Shown: positions 1-17,441, counted from the first letter of the whole stretch. The stretch: DNA of 55,604 nt, filler included, from Catajapyx aquilonaris (GCA_000934665.2; 2 parts of 2 records of this genome joined end to end with filler, not necessarily neighbours in it); one strand, 5' to 3'. Notes: generated by a model not told the origin, from the letters alone. Numbers and translations: made by a program.

Positions 1-1068
1 TATGGTGCAGCTTATATGCTGTGTAAGTCAACCTCACAGCTACGGAGAAGGTCAGGTTAGATCACCTGTTTAAAATTCTGGTGCTTCCCCGCTTTTTGCT
101 TAATTTTTTCCCTCTATTGTTACAAGGAAATCGACCTTCAGCGGAGGATAAGTGCATTACGGCTCTTGATGTTCAGCATGAGAACCTGAGTGGGATTAGA
201 AATGAAGAGAGCCGGAGAAGCCCTTTGTTCTTTGGAGCATTGATTTTGACTGCCATTTTGCATGCGTCGTGCCAAAAAAAGAGAGAGCAAAAAAAAAAGT
301 GTCCTTCTTTCAACTGTAGGTATAACGAATCAATACGCAAGGCCACATTTAATTTACTGGAAAGGACCGGATATCCGGGTTCTCATTTTTTGGGGCCAAA
401 CATGCATTTTTAAAGGATGGGAATAAATTCTCTGGTGTGTAATTCCAGCTTGCATTTGCAGCGCTTGAAAGCGGAACCGGAGAAGTGCTATTAGAGAGGT
501 GCATGTGTAAAAGTGGATATTCAAATTAGGCCGTAACGGTGAGCAAAGTACATTCGGAGCTGTAAAGTCATGAATTGAACATGTAGTGCATCTGCAAAAT
601 TCAGCCATTCGCAAGCCGTTTGAGGATTTAGAATATTTTAAAATTGCCAGAAAATCTAAGGGTCATATTACCTCCAATTAAAATTTTTATATTAAAAAAA
701 ATTTAAACACTAATGATCCATCATGCATTTATGTCATCAGTGTCACGCCTCTTCCGGTCGGTTCGTGTCAATCGCACTTCCTCCTCCAATCAATCACCTC
801 TGGCCCATTAATATTGCAAGGAGCCTCCTGCGTGATTGGGTGATCCGTCACCCGCCCCATTTGACACTCGTGCGGTGTGGAGGAGGCCATCTGTTGACAT
901 AGGTTTCCGCGCAGTATTTACTTAGCAAATTGCTTCGACAATAAGCGTTTGAATCAATTTCCTGATGGACCCTTTTTTCCCCCCCCTCCCATAGGATCGA
1001 TTCTTGAGAGGGTTAGCACGTTGAGGCGCACATGTGTGACGTAGATATAGGTCAGCGTCACGCGAGGG

Positions 1069-1190
1069 CTATAAGTACTGGCCTTCTTTTCGCCGTGATT
1101 CAATAGCACCCGGGAGGATATAAAGAAGCTGATAAGAGACCGAGATTATGTAGGAAAAGGTCAATCCCTGAGAAGGAGTTGGCTCGAGTG
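1069..1190 (+). promoter_or_regulatory. Possible CaMKK core promoter and first non-coding exon
   Basis: TATA-like ctataag (about 1069) and gatataaag (about 1117-1125), followed by a strong donor GTG|gtgagt at 1191. Inference only. Confidence 0.3.
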
Positions 1191-1297
1191 GTGAGTCATC
1201 AGCTGTATGTTGTACTACTACCCCGCGCACGACCCTGAGAGTGGCAGTAGTAGCCCCTGGAGACTCCTACCCCAGCCTTTTGCAGACCTCCGTGCAT

Positions 1298-1402
1298 TTA
1301 TCAGCTGTTAGGGAGTGGGGTTGCCGCTTCGGCGCTGGGGAAGTGCTCAACTACACCAGCGCCGAAGCGGCAAACCCCTTCCCTACGGGTGACAGCTGAT
1401 AA
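1298..1402. mobile_element. Palindromic MITE-like element, internally deleted copy
   Basis: Arms ttgccgcttcggcgctgg (1321-1338) and ccagcgccgaagcggcaa (1356-1373); outer arms ttatcagctgt and acagctgataa; same arm sequence as 1914-2042. Confidence 0.6.
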
Positions 1403-1819
1403 GGTCATTAGGCTGGGGTAGGAGTGTGCAGATGAGCCATGGGAGTCACATGGTACTACGTGGACAATGAGGGATCTGATATTTAAATACTCGGGTGCTA
1501 CAAGGTGATTTGTGTACACTATTCATCACCGGATTGCACCAAACCGTGTCAAACCGTGTCAAAGCCACTTGCACCAAATGGGAAGCCAACCGGATGCCAT
1601 TCAGATTTTTGAAGGGCTGACAGAACTCTTGACGTTCGGAAATTTAGAAGAGGGCACTCCATTCTCGATTGTTTGGTTTTTAATGGGAGGGGAAAAAAGT
1701 TTGAAGTACGTGCTTATCATGAAGGGTACTTGGAGTTGGAGCTTTCGAATGTGAGATTTAAAACTTCATTCTGATGATGACATGGAGTTGATGTGACTTA
1801 ATTTTTTATTTTATTGCAG

Positions 1820-1883
1820 AACATTTGACTGAAAATGGCGGCTTCCATCGGAGTCGGGCGCCTAAGATTGGAGAACTGCGAAG
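1820..1883 (+). other. Upstream CaMKK exon with an ATG (uORF or alternative N-terminus MAASIGVGRLRLENCE)
   Basis: Acceptor ttttattgcag ends at 1819, gaaaATGGCG at 1835, donor AAG|gtgagt at 1884. Its phase (1) does not match the kinase frame of exon 3475, which needs phase 2. Confidence 0.55.
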
Positions 1884-1913
1884 GTGAGTTGTTTAATCAC
1901 TGTCACTGTTGGC

Positions 1914-2042
1914 GTAGAGAGTGGAGTTGTCGCTTCGGCGCTTCTGTAGTGCTGAACAGCGATCCTGGCGGACGATTCCGCTTTTAGCACTTCGCGCAGT
2001 TGAGCACTACAGCAGCGCCGAAGCGGCAACCCTCCTTCCTAC
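1914..2042. mobile_element. MITE-like element with about 45-bp imperfect TIRs
   Basis: gagttgtcgcttcggcgcttctgtagtgctgaacagcg pairs with cgcagttgagcactacagcagcgccgaagcggcaaccctc; related to 1298-1402. Confidence 0.65.
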
Positions 2043-2783
2043 AGGCACGGGAGTTTACATAAGGCTGGTGTAGGAATGTTAGTGGGCTGATCACTTATCG
2101 CAAGACGTCATTGCTGGCAGTGTCGTTATCATTTGAAGATAAGAACTGCGCAACGTCAGTGCGAATTTTTTAAAGCTTTTTCCTCGTACAGTGTTATGCA
2201 GGCAAAATCACTAGCTGTGAGCCACTGTGTGAACTCCACGTCCCACTACATCTCCATAAAGGTTACATGGAATATAGGACAACCTCATACCATCCCCCGT
2301 GATATGTGGGCCCCATAAATCCAGATAACCAGTCACACGCGTGCTCTTAAACACTGCTTAAAAGACCGCGCAATCGAAGTAAAATTGCGTGTCCCCCCGT
2401 CGCGTACTGTGCCTCCGCGCAATTGGGCCCCGGAGTGTAATACACAGCGAAGGCTACTCCCGCGTCGATAAGCAGGAATGACAGGCTGCCAAGTGGCACG
2501 TCGATACCCACATATTTGCACATTCGGCACGTCAGTACAATACAAGACGCAAAGTGTTGACGTCAGCGGGTCGACGCTCCCCCGTGTAAACTTTTTTTTT
2601 GGGAGGATTGACGTTGGTGTCTAACTTTAAGCCGATTATACGGTTGTTTACAAAAGTTGCGAGGGGTATTGATGCGATCCGACACAACGCAGATGCTCCT
2701 TGGACCGGATTAGAATTGGCGATAAACGACGGAGTTGCCATGCTTTTAAAGTCAGCGGGTTTCTCCGTCGCTTTAAGGCGCGT

Positions 2784-2890
2784 GGCTCCGCCTTTTTCGG
2801 CTGTTCGCGCGAGAGGCTCCTCCTCTTTCGGCGGTTCGCGCGAGAGGCTCCTCCTCTTTCGGCGGTGAGCGCGAGTGGCTCCTCCTCTTT
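2784..2890. repeat. 31-bp minisatellite, about 3.5 copies (ggctcctcctctttcggcggttcgcgcgaga)
   Basis: Units start at 2784, 2815, 2846 and 2877; the last unit runs into a candidate acceptor ctttatag at 2894. Confidence 0.9.
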
Positions 2891-3249
2891 ATAGGTGCTC
2901 ACAGTCCGCGCGCATAAGGCCCGAACCTTGCAATACTCGGCAATGCTCCTTATTCAAATGAGGCCCCAGGAAGTGACATGTCTCAAAGGTCATCTTGATA
3001 TGCGCAAATATCTGGAGCTGAGCCAGAGATGGTCTGAAAGGATTTGGACCGTTGCGTAACCTCGAGGGGGTTGCTATACCGGCAGTGGAAATAAACAGTG
3101 GTTGGCATTGCGGCATGTGTTTTTGCTGGTGTGCACTGCACGCGATTTATACTCCGGAGCGTACATGGTTCGATACCGGAGTTTGTGAGGAGTTGTTGGA
3201 GTAGGCGGGACGTCCTGGCGCGGGTTCTGGTCAGGAGTGACACGGCTGT

Positions 3250-9013
<5,764 letters not shown>

Positions 9014-11659
9014 AACAAAATGAGAAAACCAAGAGAACAAAAACACAACTTTTCTAGGGGAAACCATTCTTTGAAAGGCTGATAACGTCAATTTCATTAT
9101 CATTCTAGTTGATTTTCTTTCTTCCCTCCTTGCACTCCATCCACTTGTAACTGCAAAAAGTCAAATTCTCTTTTTAATGTAAAAAAACACTGATTACGTG
9201 TAGGTGATCATTATTACTTCAAGGGTGCTATTTTTAAGTGACTTTCTGTTTGAGATGCTTCCACTCTATACGTGAAACATTTAACTGGTATTTTATAACG
9301 ATAAACCACGATATTCCACACAATGGTAATTTATGGTACGTGGAATAGGTTCGGGTATGTTACATCCTTTGCATTATTGATCCCAGGTTACATTCCAATT
9401 TATGATGTTAATATATATCAAATTTTTATTTTATTTTTTAGATGTTATACAGTACAATCTGCTTCCAAATCTTTGATAACGTACTATTTGTGGAGTGACT
9501 AATCAGAAGTGCCATTTTTCTATTGTAAATAGTTTTGATATATTTCCAAAAAAAAAAAATGGATTCAGACGAAACTAGAGGAACTGGAGAAATGCTTCTA
9601 GTAGCCAATTATTTTCTCTTACCTGCGGTGCTAAATTGCACAAGCGTGTATATGAAAGACATCTAATTACTGTGTAAGTTGTAACCTGATGGTATGAAAT
9701 TGATCTGGGATTAGGATAATGGTTAAATTTTTAAGGGCCGCTTTTATAAAAGACAAGTGTGGGTGGACTTGGTTGGGTGACTACAAAATCAAAACTAATG
9801 CCTTCGGCCTGTTTGATCGGACTTACAAGTTAGCCTTGCGATGGAATTTTCATAGATTTTTAAAAAATAGTGTGCACATGAGGCGGAGATTTTTTGTGAT
9901 AGTTTTAAGTGGACATTGAGCACGGTTTTGCACTCTAGAATTTTATGTAATTAGCAGGAGCCGGTAGCAAACAGGCTTCTTCCCAGTGATAAGAAACTAG
10001 GTCTGGCTCAAAAATGAATGAAACATAGGGTTATAATTCCATAAAACCATCTCAACAATCCATAAAACTAGTGTGTATGAAACATGCCGGGTATTGTGAT
10101 AGATTGTGATATACCATCCCTGTGAAAAAAAGGAGACCCCATGTGATTCAAATTGGCTTGTGAGACAGTTGTCATCATCTTGAAACAGTATCGACATTTT
10201 TACTGAAATTGATGAAAAGTTATTTGCAAAAGGACGAGGAAAGCAACTGATCTATTGGTAGGGAAGGTGCGGAGCTCTGAGACGAGCCACTCCCCCATTT
10301 CTGTTCAGCCGCAATTACAACATTAATCTTAATTAATTTTTGCAGTTTTAGCATTCGTGTTGAATAGTCACTCCACACTTCTTCTGCTGTTAGTGTTGTT
10401 CCTAGTGATCAGTGTACAATGAATCAAAATGACGTGGCCAACAGGTGTTCTTGTAAGTCAGGCAGGAACTTCTTTTGAAATGAATTTTGTAAATATATTA
10501 ATTTCACTTATTAGAGGCAGATTTTACTGTACAGTGTTGTGTTTTTTTAAAAATTATTTTTAAGTTTACAAGACTGTTGGGTTTACTATGGTATGGTGGT
10601 TGTATTTTTATTCTTATGTGATATTCCCAGTTACGGTTCGGGTTGTCCCATGCAGCGACTATCTTCACACAATATTTTTTTGCATTCGAGGCATTAGGGA
10701 GCAGTTTTGGTAGTTAGGGTACTGCATTTGGGCAAACACATTGTATTATTAAATGCTAATTTGATGGGTGTTCATAGTGGTTGCCAATTTTGGGAGATTT
10801 CGCAGAGTTTCATGACCCTGAAAAATGTGACTATTTCAAAATTTAATTTCAAGGTTTTGGGACAAGCGGCCCTTTAATGACTTGTAAATTAGTCATGTTC
10901 AGTTATTTTTGTTTGAAAAATGTTAATGGAGTTTTGTTGCCAACTTTATTTTATGTTGCCATCTGAGCATTTCGGACATCCATCATATTATTAGCATAAA
11001 ATGCGTTGCCCATAAAGCGTACTTGAACTTGGTGGACTTACTTCCGTGTCTCATTTGCTTTGCTTTTTATTGGTTTAAACAAATGAGTGGGAATCGTATT
11101 TCCATTAATAAGCCACACAGTAATAACTATTTAATGAATAATCAAACACAAAGCCTTAAACCTTCTGGTAGGAGGGATGGATAAGTGGCACGGGGAAATC
11201 CATATGAATTTTTTTCAGTGTTTTGGAACCTGCGCCTGTTATCCAACCCCCCTAGAATTTTTAATCAACATTAACACTTATGCATGATCGTGTCTCGCAC
11301 TCTTTTAATGCGTTCAAAACCAGGACCAAAGCTTGTGACTATTGCAGGCAACTCTAAAACAAAAAGAAACATGTACATAAAACATGTCTGGATGCAAGTT
11401 TTACGCAATACATTATTACTGATTGCAGGTTAAGTAGGCTAGTCCGGCGCCTTGTTAAGAGGCAGCTTTCTCTCCTGTTACTTACAAGTTGGGTCTTCTA
11501 CGAGAACGCACATGTACATTGAAATATTTACACACATCCGCACGCTTCACATTTCCCAAGACAAAACTTTTTCGAATCGTTCCAAAAAGTACTGTGTAAT
11601 CAGTGTTGTTGTTAATTATTATACAGTCCTATGACCTCCCCCTTTTTAAGAGTTTCTAT

Positions 11660-11669
11660 AATAAATAAA
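11660..11669 (+). terminator. Candidate polyadenylation signal for CaMKK (overlapping AATAAA x2)
   Basis: aataaataaa is the first canonical AATAAA I found on the + strand after the 9013 stop; it implies a 3' UTR of about 2.6 kb. Confidence 0.4.
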
Positions 11670-11833
11670 TCCATTTCTCCTACATAATTCACAGGGTTTT
11701 CCTTACCATGTGAATATTGCCACTAGCCATAGGTTAGCATAACTTCCAAGTACTGTACAGGGAAATATTCAAGCAACTGACATCAACTCGAGTACATCAA
11801 AGGCAACACTGCTGCCAGTCTTCAGAGGCAGTG

Positions 11834-14202
11834 TTACAGTTCTTCCTTTGTGTTTTCTCTCTTCATGTAATTTGGTAGGTCCTTCAAAAAGGAGAGGCTT
11901 TCTTTGTCATACATTTCAGTCTTCATGCTTGGAGTCAGGTTTATGTCGAAGTACTGGAACTGGTTTGAGGACTCGATTGGTTTCCAGACTGCCTTAGATT
12001 CTTTTCCTTTTGGAGGTGTTGGGTTCCTGTTGTTATGAATAGCATTAGACGTGGGAAAATCGCAGAGGCCATCGCAATTGAAATGCCTTAGTAGCTAGTA
12101 ATATTTTGGCAGAAGGGACCGATGCACTGACCCTGTAGCAACAAAATTGGTCCACCAGGCCACAAATTTGTTGGACATCTTCCCCTCTGGTGTTTTGGCA
12201 GAATAATCCATTGGAGGCATTTGGAATATGTAGTACAGGTCGTCAGCGTGGCAAGTACCTGAGAAAAGAGGCCTTGCACTTGACTGGTTTAAAATTTTGG
12301 GATTTATACCTTATAGTACCTCTCGGCTTGTGCTCCAATCCCCCTCCTATTGGTCCAGAATTTTGGGAGAAACTGAACGAACCTTCAAATGTCATTAGGT
12401 AAAAGTATATTGGTGACTTGACAATGTTGCGGTGCTCCAGGGCAACTTCCATGCCTGGATATTTAAAACCCAGATCGGAACATAGCTGTAGAATAACAAA
12501 ATTGTGTGATATAAGGTACAGTGCATTTCAAACTGCATAGTTTTTTCAGCCTACTTGTTAGTGTACGATTGTGTAAGCATGCTTTACAGCATGTAATGGA
12601 TGTACTACTCACAGTTATGAGGTTGTCGAGGGTGTCCTCAGAAATATCCTTATCCCCAAAGTAATATTTTCTTAGGTGCCATGAAAATGGGTCTGGATTC
12701 TTAGTCATGAACTGATAGTTGAAGAGTATTGGCATGACTTTCCGGTAGTTTTTGTTGAAGTCGTCCAACAAACCTTGCTTCCAAATACCTGTGATATGTG
12801 GACATTTATTGACGAGTAATGTATGTAATGTATGTCTCACCTGCTGCGATGTATTCCCCTTCCGACTGTGTTACCCCAGTCATCCATGGGATGTCAGCTA
12901 CCTTTCCTTGGTCCAGTGTCTCTCTCGGGCTCAGCGGCATGAACCTTTCCTTTCCTCCGACTTCCTTCGTGGGTGCAAAAGGTGCTGCAGGAAATATGCA
13001 CCAATCCTATTGGAAACAAGTGCCAAATAACCTTTTCCACATTACGACTGGTGGCTCGATGCTTACAGACACATTGTTCAAAGCATTGGCAATGTCTATG
13101 CCATCCACGGCCTGAAGGCACTTCAGCATGTTCACAGAGGTGTCGGTGGGACAGTCTAGTATTTTGGCAAATTGTTTGGACCTGTAGGATATCTCCTCTG
13201 GTGACATGTAAGCCCACGGGCAGAGTGCCGACCCACTCTGGCTTATGGCCTGCTGGAACAACCCTGCAATGTGTTGGTGTCACTTACTGGTTTTTACTCC
13301 TAGGCACTGTAATTATTAACCTCTAGACAGTGGTGAAAGCAGATGGTAGTGCACACTGGAACCTCCAGCACTCTCTCCCGCAATAGTAACGCGCTTCGGA
13401 TCTCCTCCAAATGACGCAATGTTCGCTTTGATCCAGCGCATGGCCATAGTCTGATCCTTTAGTGCCATATTACCCTGCACCACGTCATCCCCAGTGCTCA
13501 GGAAACCTGTTTTAGAATAATAGTTTAGACTCCCCGAGAGCAATCCAATACCTCCTGTTGTACCGAAAGCGTTAAGTCGATAGTTGGTCGAAACTAGCAC
13601 TATCTCCTCATTCATCAAGGCATTTGGCGGATACATTTCTGGAGAGCCCGAGCCCAGAACATAAGATCCGCCATGAATCCACAGCATGACTGGCAGCAGT
13701 TTCTGGTCACTGCTTGGAAGCTGAAAATTAAGGTGGTGCTACTATAACACGTGATCCTAAACTGGCCGAGTCCCACTTACTTTTCTGGTGTACACATTGA
13801 GGTACAGACAGTCCTCGACCCCGACCACCCCAGCTCCTTCCCATGTGTCAGCTTGTAAGCAAATTGGGGTCCTCCTCGTACCGTCCAGTAAGCCATTCCA
13901 GGAACTTGCAGGCTCAGGAGGCTTTTTTTTGGTAATATGCATACAAAATTGTGTGCACTAATTACAAAAATATTGCTGGAAAAAGTGTAATGTACAAAAA
14001 TGGTCGTACTCACCTTGAAGCGAAGTGATCCAATGGGAGGAACCGCGAATGGGATGGAAAGAAATGAGTAGAACCGACTCCCTTTGCTAGACCTGTCAAC
14101 ATAACCTTTGACACTGCCCATGGAGGTGTGTACCACTGGGCTGTCACTAATTGCACACCCAACTAAGCACATGATCAGGACAATAATTATTGTCACCTCC
14201 AT
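11834..14202 (-). CDS. Type-B carboxylesterase (carboxyl/cholinesterase family), 565 aa, signal peptide, C-terminal KEEL
   Basis: Exons (minus strand): 14202-14014, 13921-13781, 13720-13564, 13506-13321, 13263-13067, 13006-12841, 12788-12613, 12485-12320, 12258-12132, 12026-11834; total 1698 nt. Motifs: hydrophobic N-terminus MEVTIIIVLIMCLVGCAIS, IPFAVPPIGSLRFKPP, EDCLYLNVY, WIHGGS, NYRL, GESAG (catalytic Ser), SQSG, GVTQSEG (Glu), GTCHADDL (His), WTNF..GNP, ends TKEEL-stop. Confidence 0.95.
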
Positions 14203-14394
14203 TATGTATACCGCACCCTGACCGCACTGAAAGAGTCTATCGATCACTGAATAAGGGGGAGGACTATGGTAGCACGAGGCAACGTCCTTGCTACCGCGGT
14301 ACACACAGCATGTGCTGGCCGACCTTGTACTTGCGTAAATTGCACTGTACTTACTGTACTTAACTGCATTTAAATCTGGCGCGTTGCCTAACCG

Positions 14395-14494
14395 TGACGT
14401 CATGGTTGCTGCTACAGAAAGCGTTTGAAAACTTATAAGTGACGTCATAAGCGTACGAAATGCGTTTAATAATTAAGAACGCAACGTGACGTCA
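14395..14494. promoter_or_regulatory. Cluster of three perfect CRE/ATF palindromes (TGACGTCA)
   Basis: TGACGTCA at 14395-14402, 14440-14447 and 14487-14494 (spacing 45 and 47 bp), about 190-290 bp upstream of the esterase ATG. Confidence 0.6.
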
Positions 14495-14523
14495 TCGGTA
14501 CCCACAATCCTTTGCGACGGATC

Positions 14524-14562
14524 GTTCCAGAATGTTCCAGAGACCCTTTCAGAATATTCTAG
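14524..14562. promoter_or_regulatory. Two heat-shock-element-like arrays (inverted nGAAn units)
   Basis: gTTCcaGAAtgTTCcaGAg (14524-14542) has three perfect units plus one imperfect; TTtcaGAAtaTTCtaG (14547-14562) is a second array. Confidence 0.5.
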
Positions 14563-15034
14563 GCTATGTTTGGGCCTCGGGTTCCAGCCCAGGGGCCGAC
14601 CTGGGGCTGAATACAGGGCGTATAGTGACCAGGGGCTGACCTAGGACGATGGAGCGCGGGCTCCGGACTAGGGAGAAGCAGGGGTTGATGAAGGAACTGT
14701 CGAATTTCATTTTTGGGGATTTGGCCCTGGGGCATGGCGTCACTAGTTGCCAAAATGTTGCAGATTTTCGTACCGGTACTACATCTCTGTCCATTACTTT
14801 ATAAGTTTTAATTGGTTTGTAATTACTTGTATGCATGAAGAGTGATAAAAGTGTGTATGATTAATGTTGGCTACTTGGAGTAATGCGAGTTCAGAACAAT
14901 ATGTTGTTGCAATGGTCTGGTAGTGAGATAACAAAATACGGTAGCATATTGAAGCTGACAAGGGTTTATGTGTTGAAGGAGTTGTCAGGCTTGCTCGGAG
15001 GATGACAAGTCTTTTGTTTCTTATTGAAATATTT

Positions 15035-16216
15035 TCAGGCCGATGATGGTACAGTGAGGTCTTTTCTGAACTCTTTCTTCCCGTTGTTGTGGTGCCTCCT
15101 TAGCTTTCGCTTCAGCGTTGGGTCTGGATCAGCCGGAAAGGATGAAGGGATGTGTCCAGAGATGTCTGCAAATTGGTCCTCTCCTCTTGTTTGCGCGATT
15201 GAAAAGCCAACACTTGCATTGATATGCCCTAATGGGCACGGCAATGTTGGAAGGTGGCGTAGGAAAAACTTTTCGTAGGTTGCAGCAGTTTGGTAGTTGC
15301 TGAGTGACCGTTATTGTGTCCTGAGGTGACTTTAGTTGTGGATGACATGCAGCAGCTGGTTCTACTTCTTTTTCTAGAGGAGAATAGATTCTGAAGTGTC
15401 CTTAGAACCATTTTGGGGGTGATAGTATCTAAAGATGTGTACCTGCTGTCCAACAAGAATTGTCGCAGCGGCAGCGCACGAACTACAGTCTCTCGTGTCC
15501 CTGTGCTCGTAGATTGTAGTTCGTGCCCTGCCGCTTGCGACAATTTTTGTTGGACACCAGGTACAATGGGCATGGCTCTTTCCATAGCCAATAATTCTTT
15601 TGAAGTAATACAGTCTGTGTCATATGTTATTAGGGTGATGGTCTTTATAACAGGTGTAATGATGAACAGGTATGGGAGTTTTGTATGTACGGTATGGTGC
15701 CTGGTAAAGTCTGTCAGTATGATGAGTTCCGGTTTGCAGTTTGCCTGCTGGGTAGAATGTGTAGTAACGTTTCTCCGAGTTAGACAATCCTAGAAAATAT
15801 TTCTTCACATATGGTGGAAGTGGGTTCGCCTCAGTTTGTATTTTAGTAAATTTGCTTATGTTGCTGTTCCAAATATACCTGCTTAGCAGCATAAATTACC
15901 ACTTTGGCCTTTTGTCTTTGGTCGTAGCTCCATTAATGCTTACTCTCATCCTAGTGATGAAAGAGTAAAGGCCTTTGATAATAACTTGAGCCAACAACTG
16001 AGATAGAGGAGTGTTGTCATTTACATGTGAGTTACACTGGAAAGAGTGGGAAATGTTTTGTTTGTAGTATGCAGCTATTTCACATCGGTGATTGTAACTT
16101 GGGCCTAGTTTGTATTGACATACAGGGATCCTGCTGTATATAGTTGCAGCAAGGTGTAATCCCATTTCTTCTGAGTTGTTGTAGGCGTAACAATTAGAGT
16201 TTGAGAGTGATTGATT
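15035..16216 (-). pseudogene. Decayed intronless reading frame (about 390 codons, 1 stop and 2 frameshifts); possible endogenous viral NS1/SF3-helicase-like relic
   Basis: Frame open 16216-15899, TAA, same frame continues to 15620; a second frame is open 15789-15229 and a third about 15310-15035. The coding strand is A/C-skewed. GPSYNHRCEIA...N..VNDNTPL resembles parvoviral GPxxxGKTNLA...N.TNENFPF by eye only. Confidence 0.4.
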
Positions 16217-17274
16217 TTAATTAATTTGAATATGATATGTAGTCCTCGTCTGTTCAGCGTTCAGGCAAATTGGGTAGCTGCATCATTCAGCAATGGAGCA
16301 AACGCACCTTACTTCTTTGCAAGTTTGTTCAAGCCAAGTACTCTGTTATTATTTTGGATTACGGAGTAGGTGTGGTTACTTGTGTCTCACATTTTGGACA
16401 CTTGGCAGGATGGTTTTGAGGCTGTGTAGGTGCAGGGTAGTAACATGGAGTACAGCCTAATAGTCACTTTGTATTTTACATACGTACATTTGACAATTGT
16501 CCAATGTATCAGATTAAGTGCCCTCTTAGCACCAGAAACAAGTGAGGTGAATAAGAGATTCAGTAATATATTATCAGTAATTATTTTAAAATTATAACGC
16601 TGGAAATGGCTTTATTGCTTACATATTGTATGTGTGTAGCTGGAGTGTTGGACAATCACTGAACATACAGTTCAATGGACATGCGGATGAGTGGCGTATT
16701 ATGCCAGGTACTGAGACAACCATATCTGCACCCATCATCATATGACCAAACAAATCTCGGTGCAGTTTAACACTTGTAGGTCATCCAAGGTCGCTGGAGT
16801 GAGCTGCATGCTGTAGGTGTGCCAAAGAGATGTTTAGAATTATCTGGTACTACACTGTACGTGATTGTGATTTGTGCATCTTCACTTTTAATGGCTTTGA
16901 CTGCAGATCTCTGCCTGGACATGAATCAACCATATCACTAGCTAGAGAAAGGCGATAATAACGAAATCATTTTAGGCATTGTGCACTTCGATATTGTTGT
17001 GCATATTATCTTCATACTTTCACTGAAACATGTTCTGCTGCTCCTGTATACTAAAGCTTAATTATCTCACCACAAAGTGTTCCTCTGGGCAGCATATTTC
17101 ACTGGTCAAGTCAAACGGCGTTGTCTAGCACAGATCTAATAATAATCTGGATGACTATGTTTAATGGCCTTCACTTGAGGTGTTCACCTGCATGAGATGA
17201 CCATCGCTTCCTTTCCTTTATTGTGGGATGTTTGAGTTGCTCTTCATCTTCCGTGACAGGGACTATGTTATCAA

Positions 17275-17441
17275 GACACAGTAGCCTCATGGTTAGGAAT
17301 TCAAGAGTTTCTTAGACACATTTGCATCGTTTTCTATGAAAATGGTAGGCATACTATTGCCATACGCCCTGTTGCGCTTATGCTAGGAAATTCTTATTCT
17401 GTCTCTTTTTCAGTTGAAAATATGTTTCATGAGAACAGTTC
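17275..17441 (+). repeat. Diverged direct duplication, copy 1 (copy 2 at 19484-19645)
   Basis: Shared blocks gcctcat, ttag..attcaagagtttctta.acaca, tgccatacgccctgttg, cagt.gaaaa..tgttt.atgaga.cagttc. Confidence 0.75.

Noticed and set aside
11834..14202. Calling the esterase JHE, acetylcholinesterase or a neuroligin-type protein
   Set aside because: GESAG with an intact triad and a KEEL end, no TM tail and no diagnostic motifs; clade cannot be assigned without a phylogeny.
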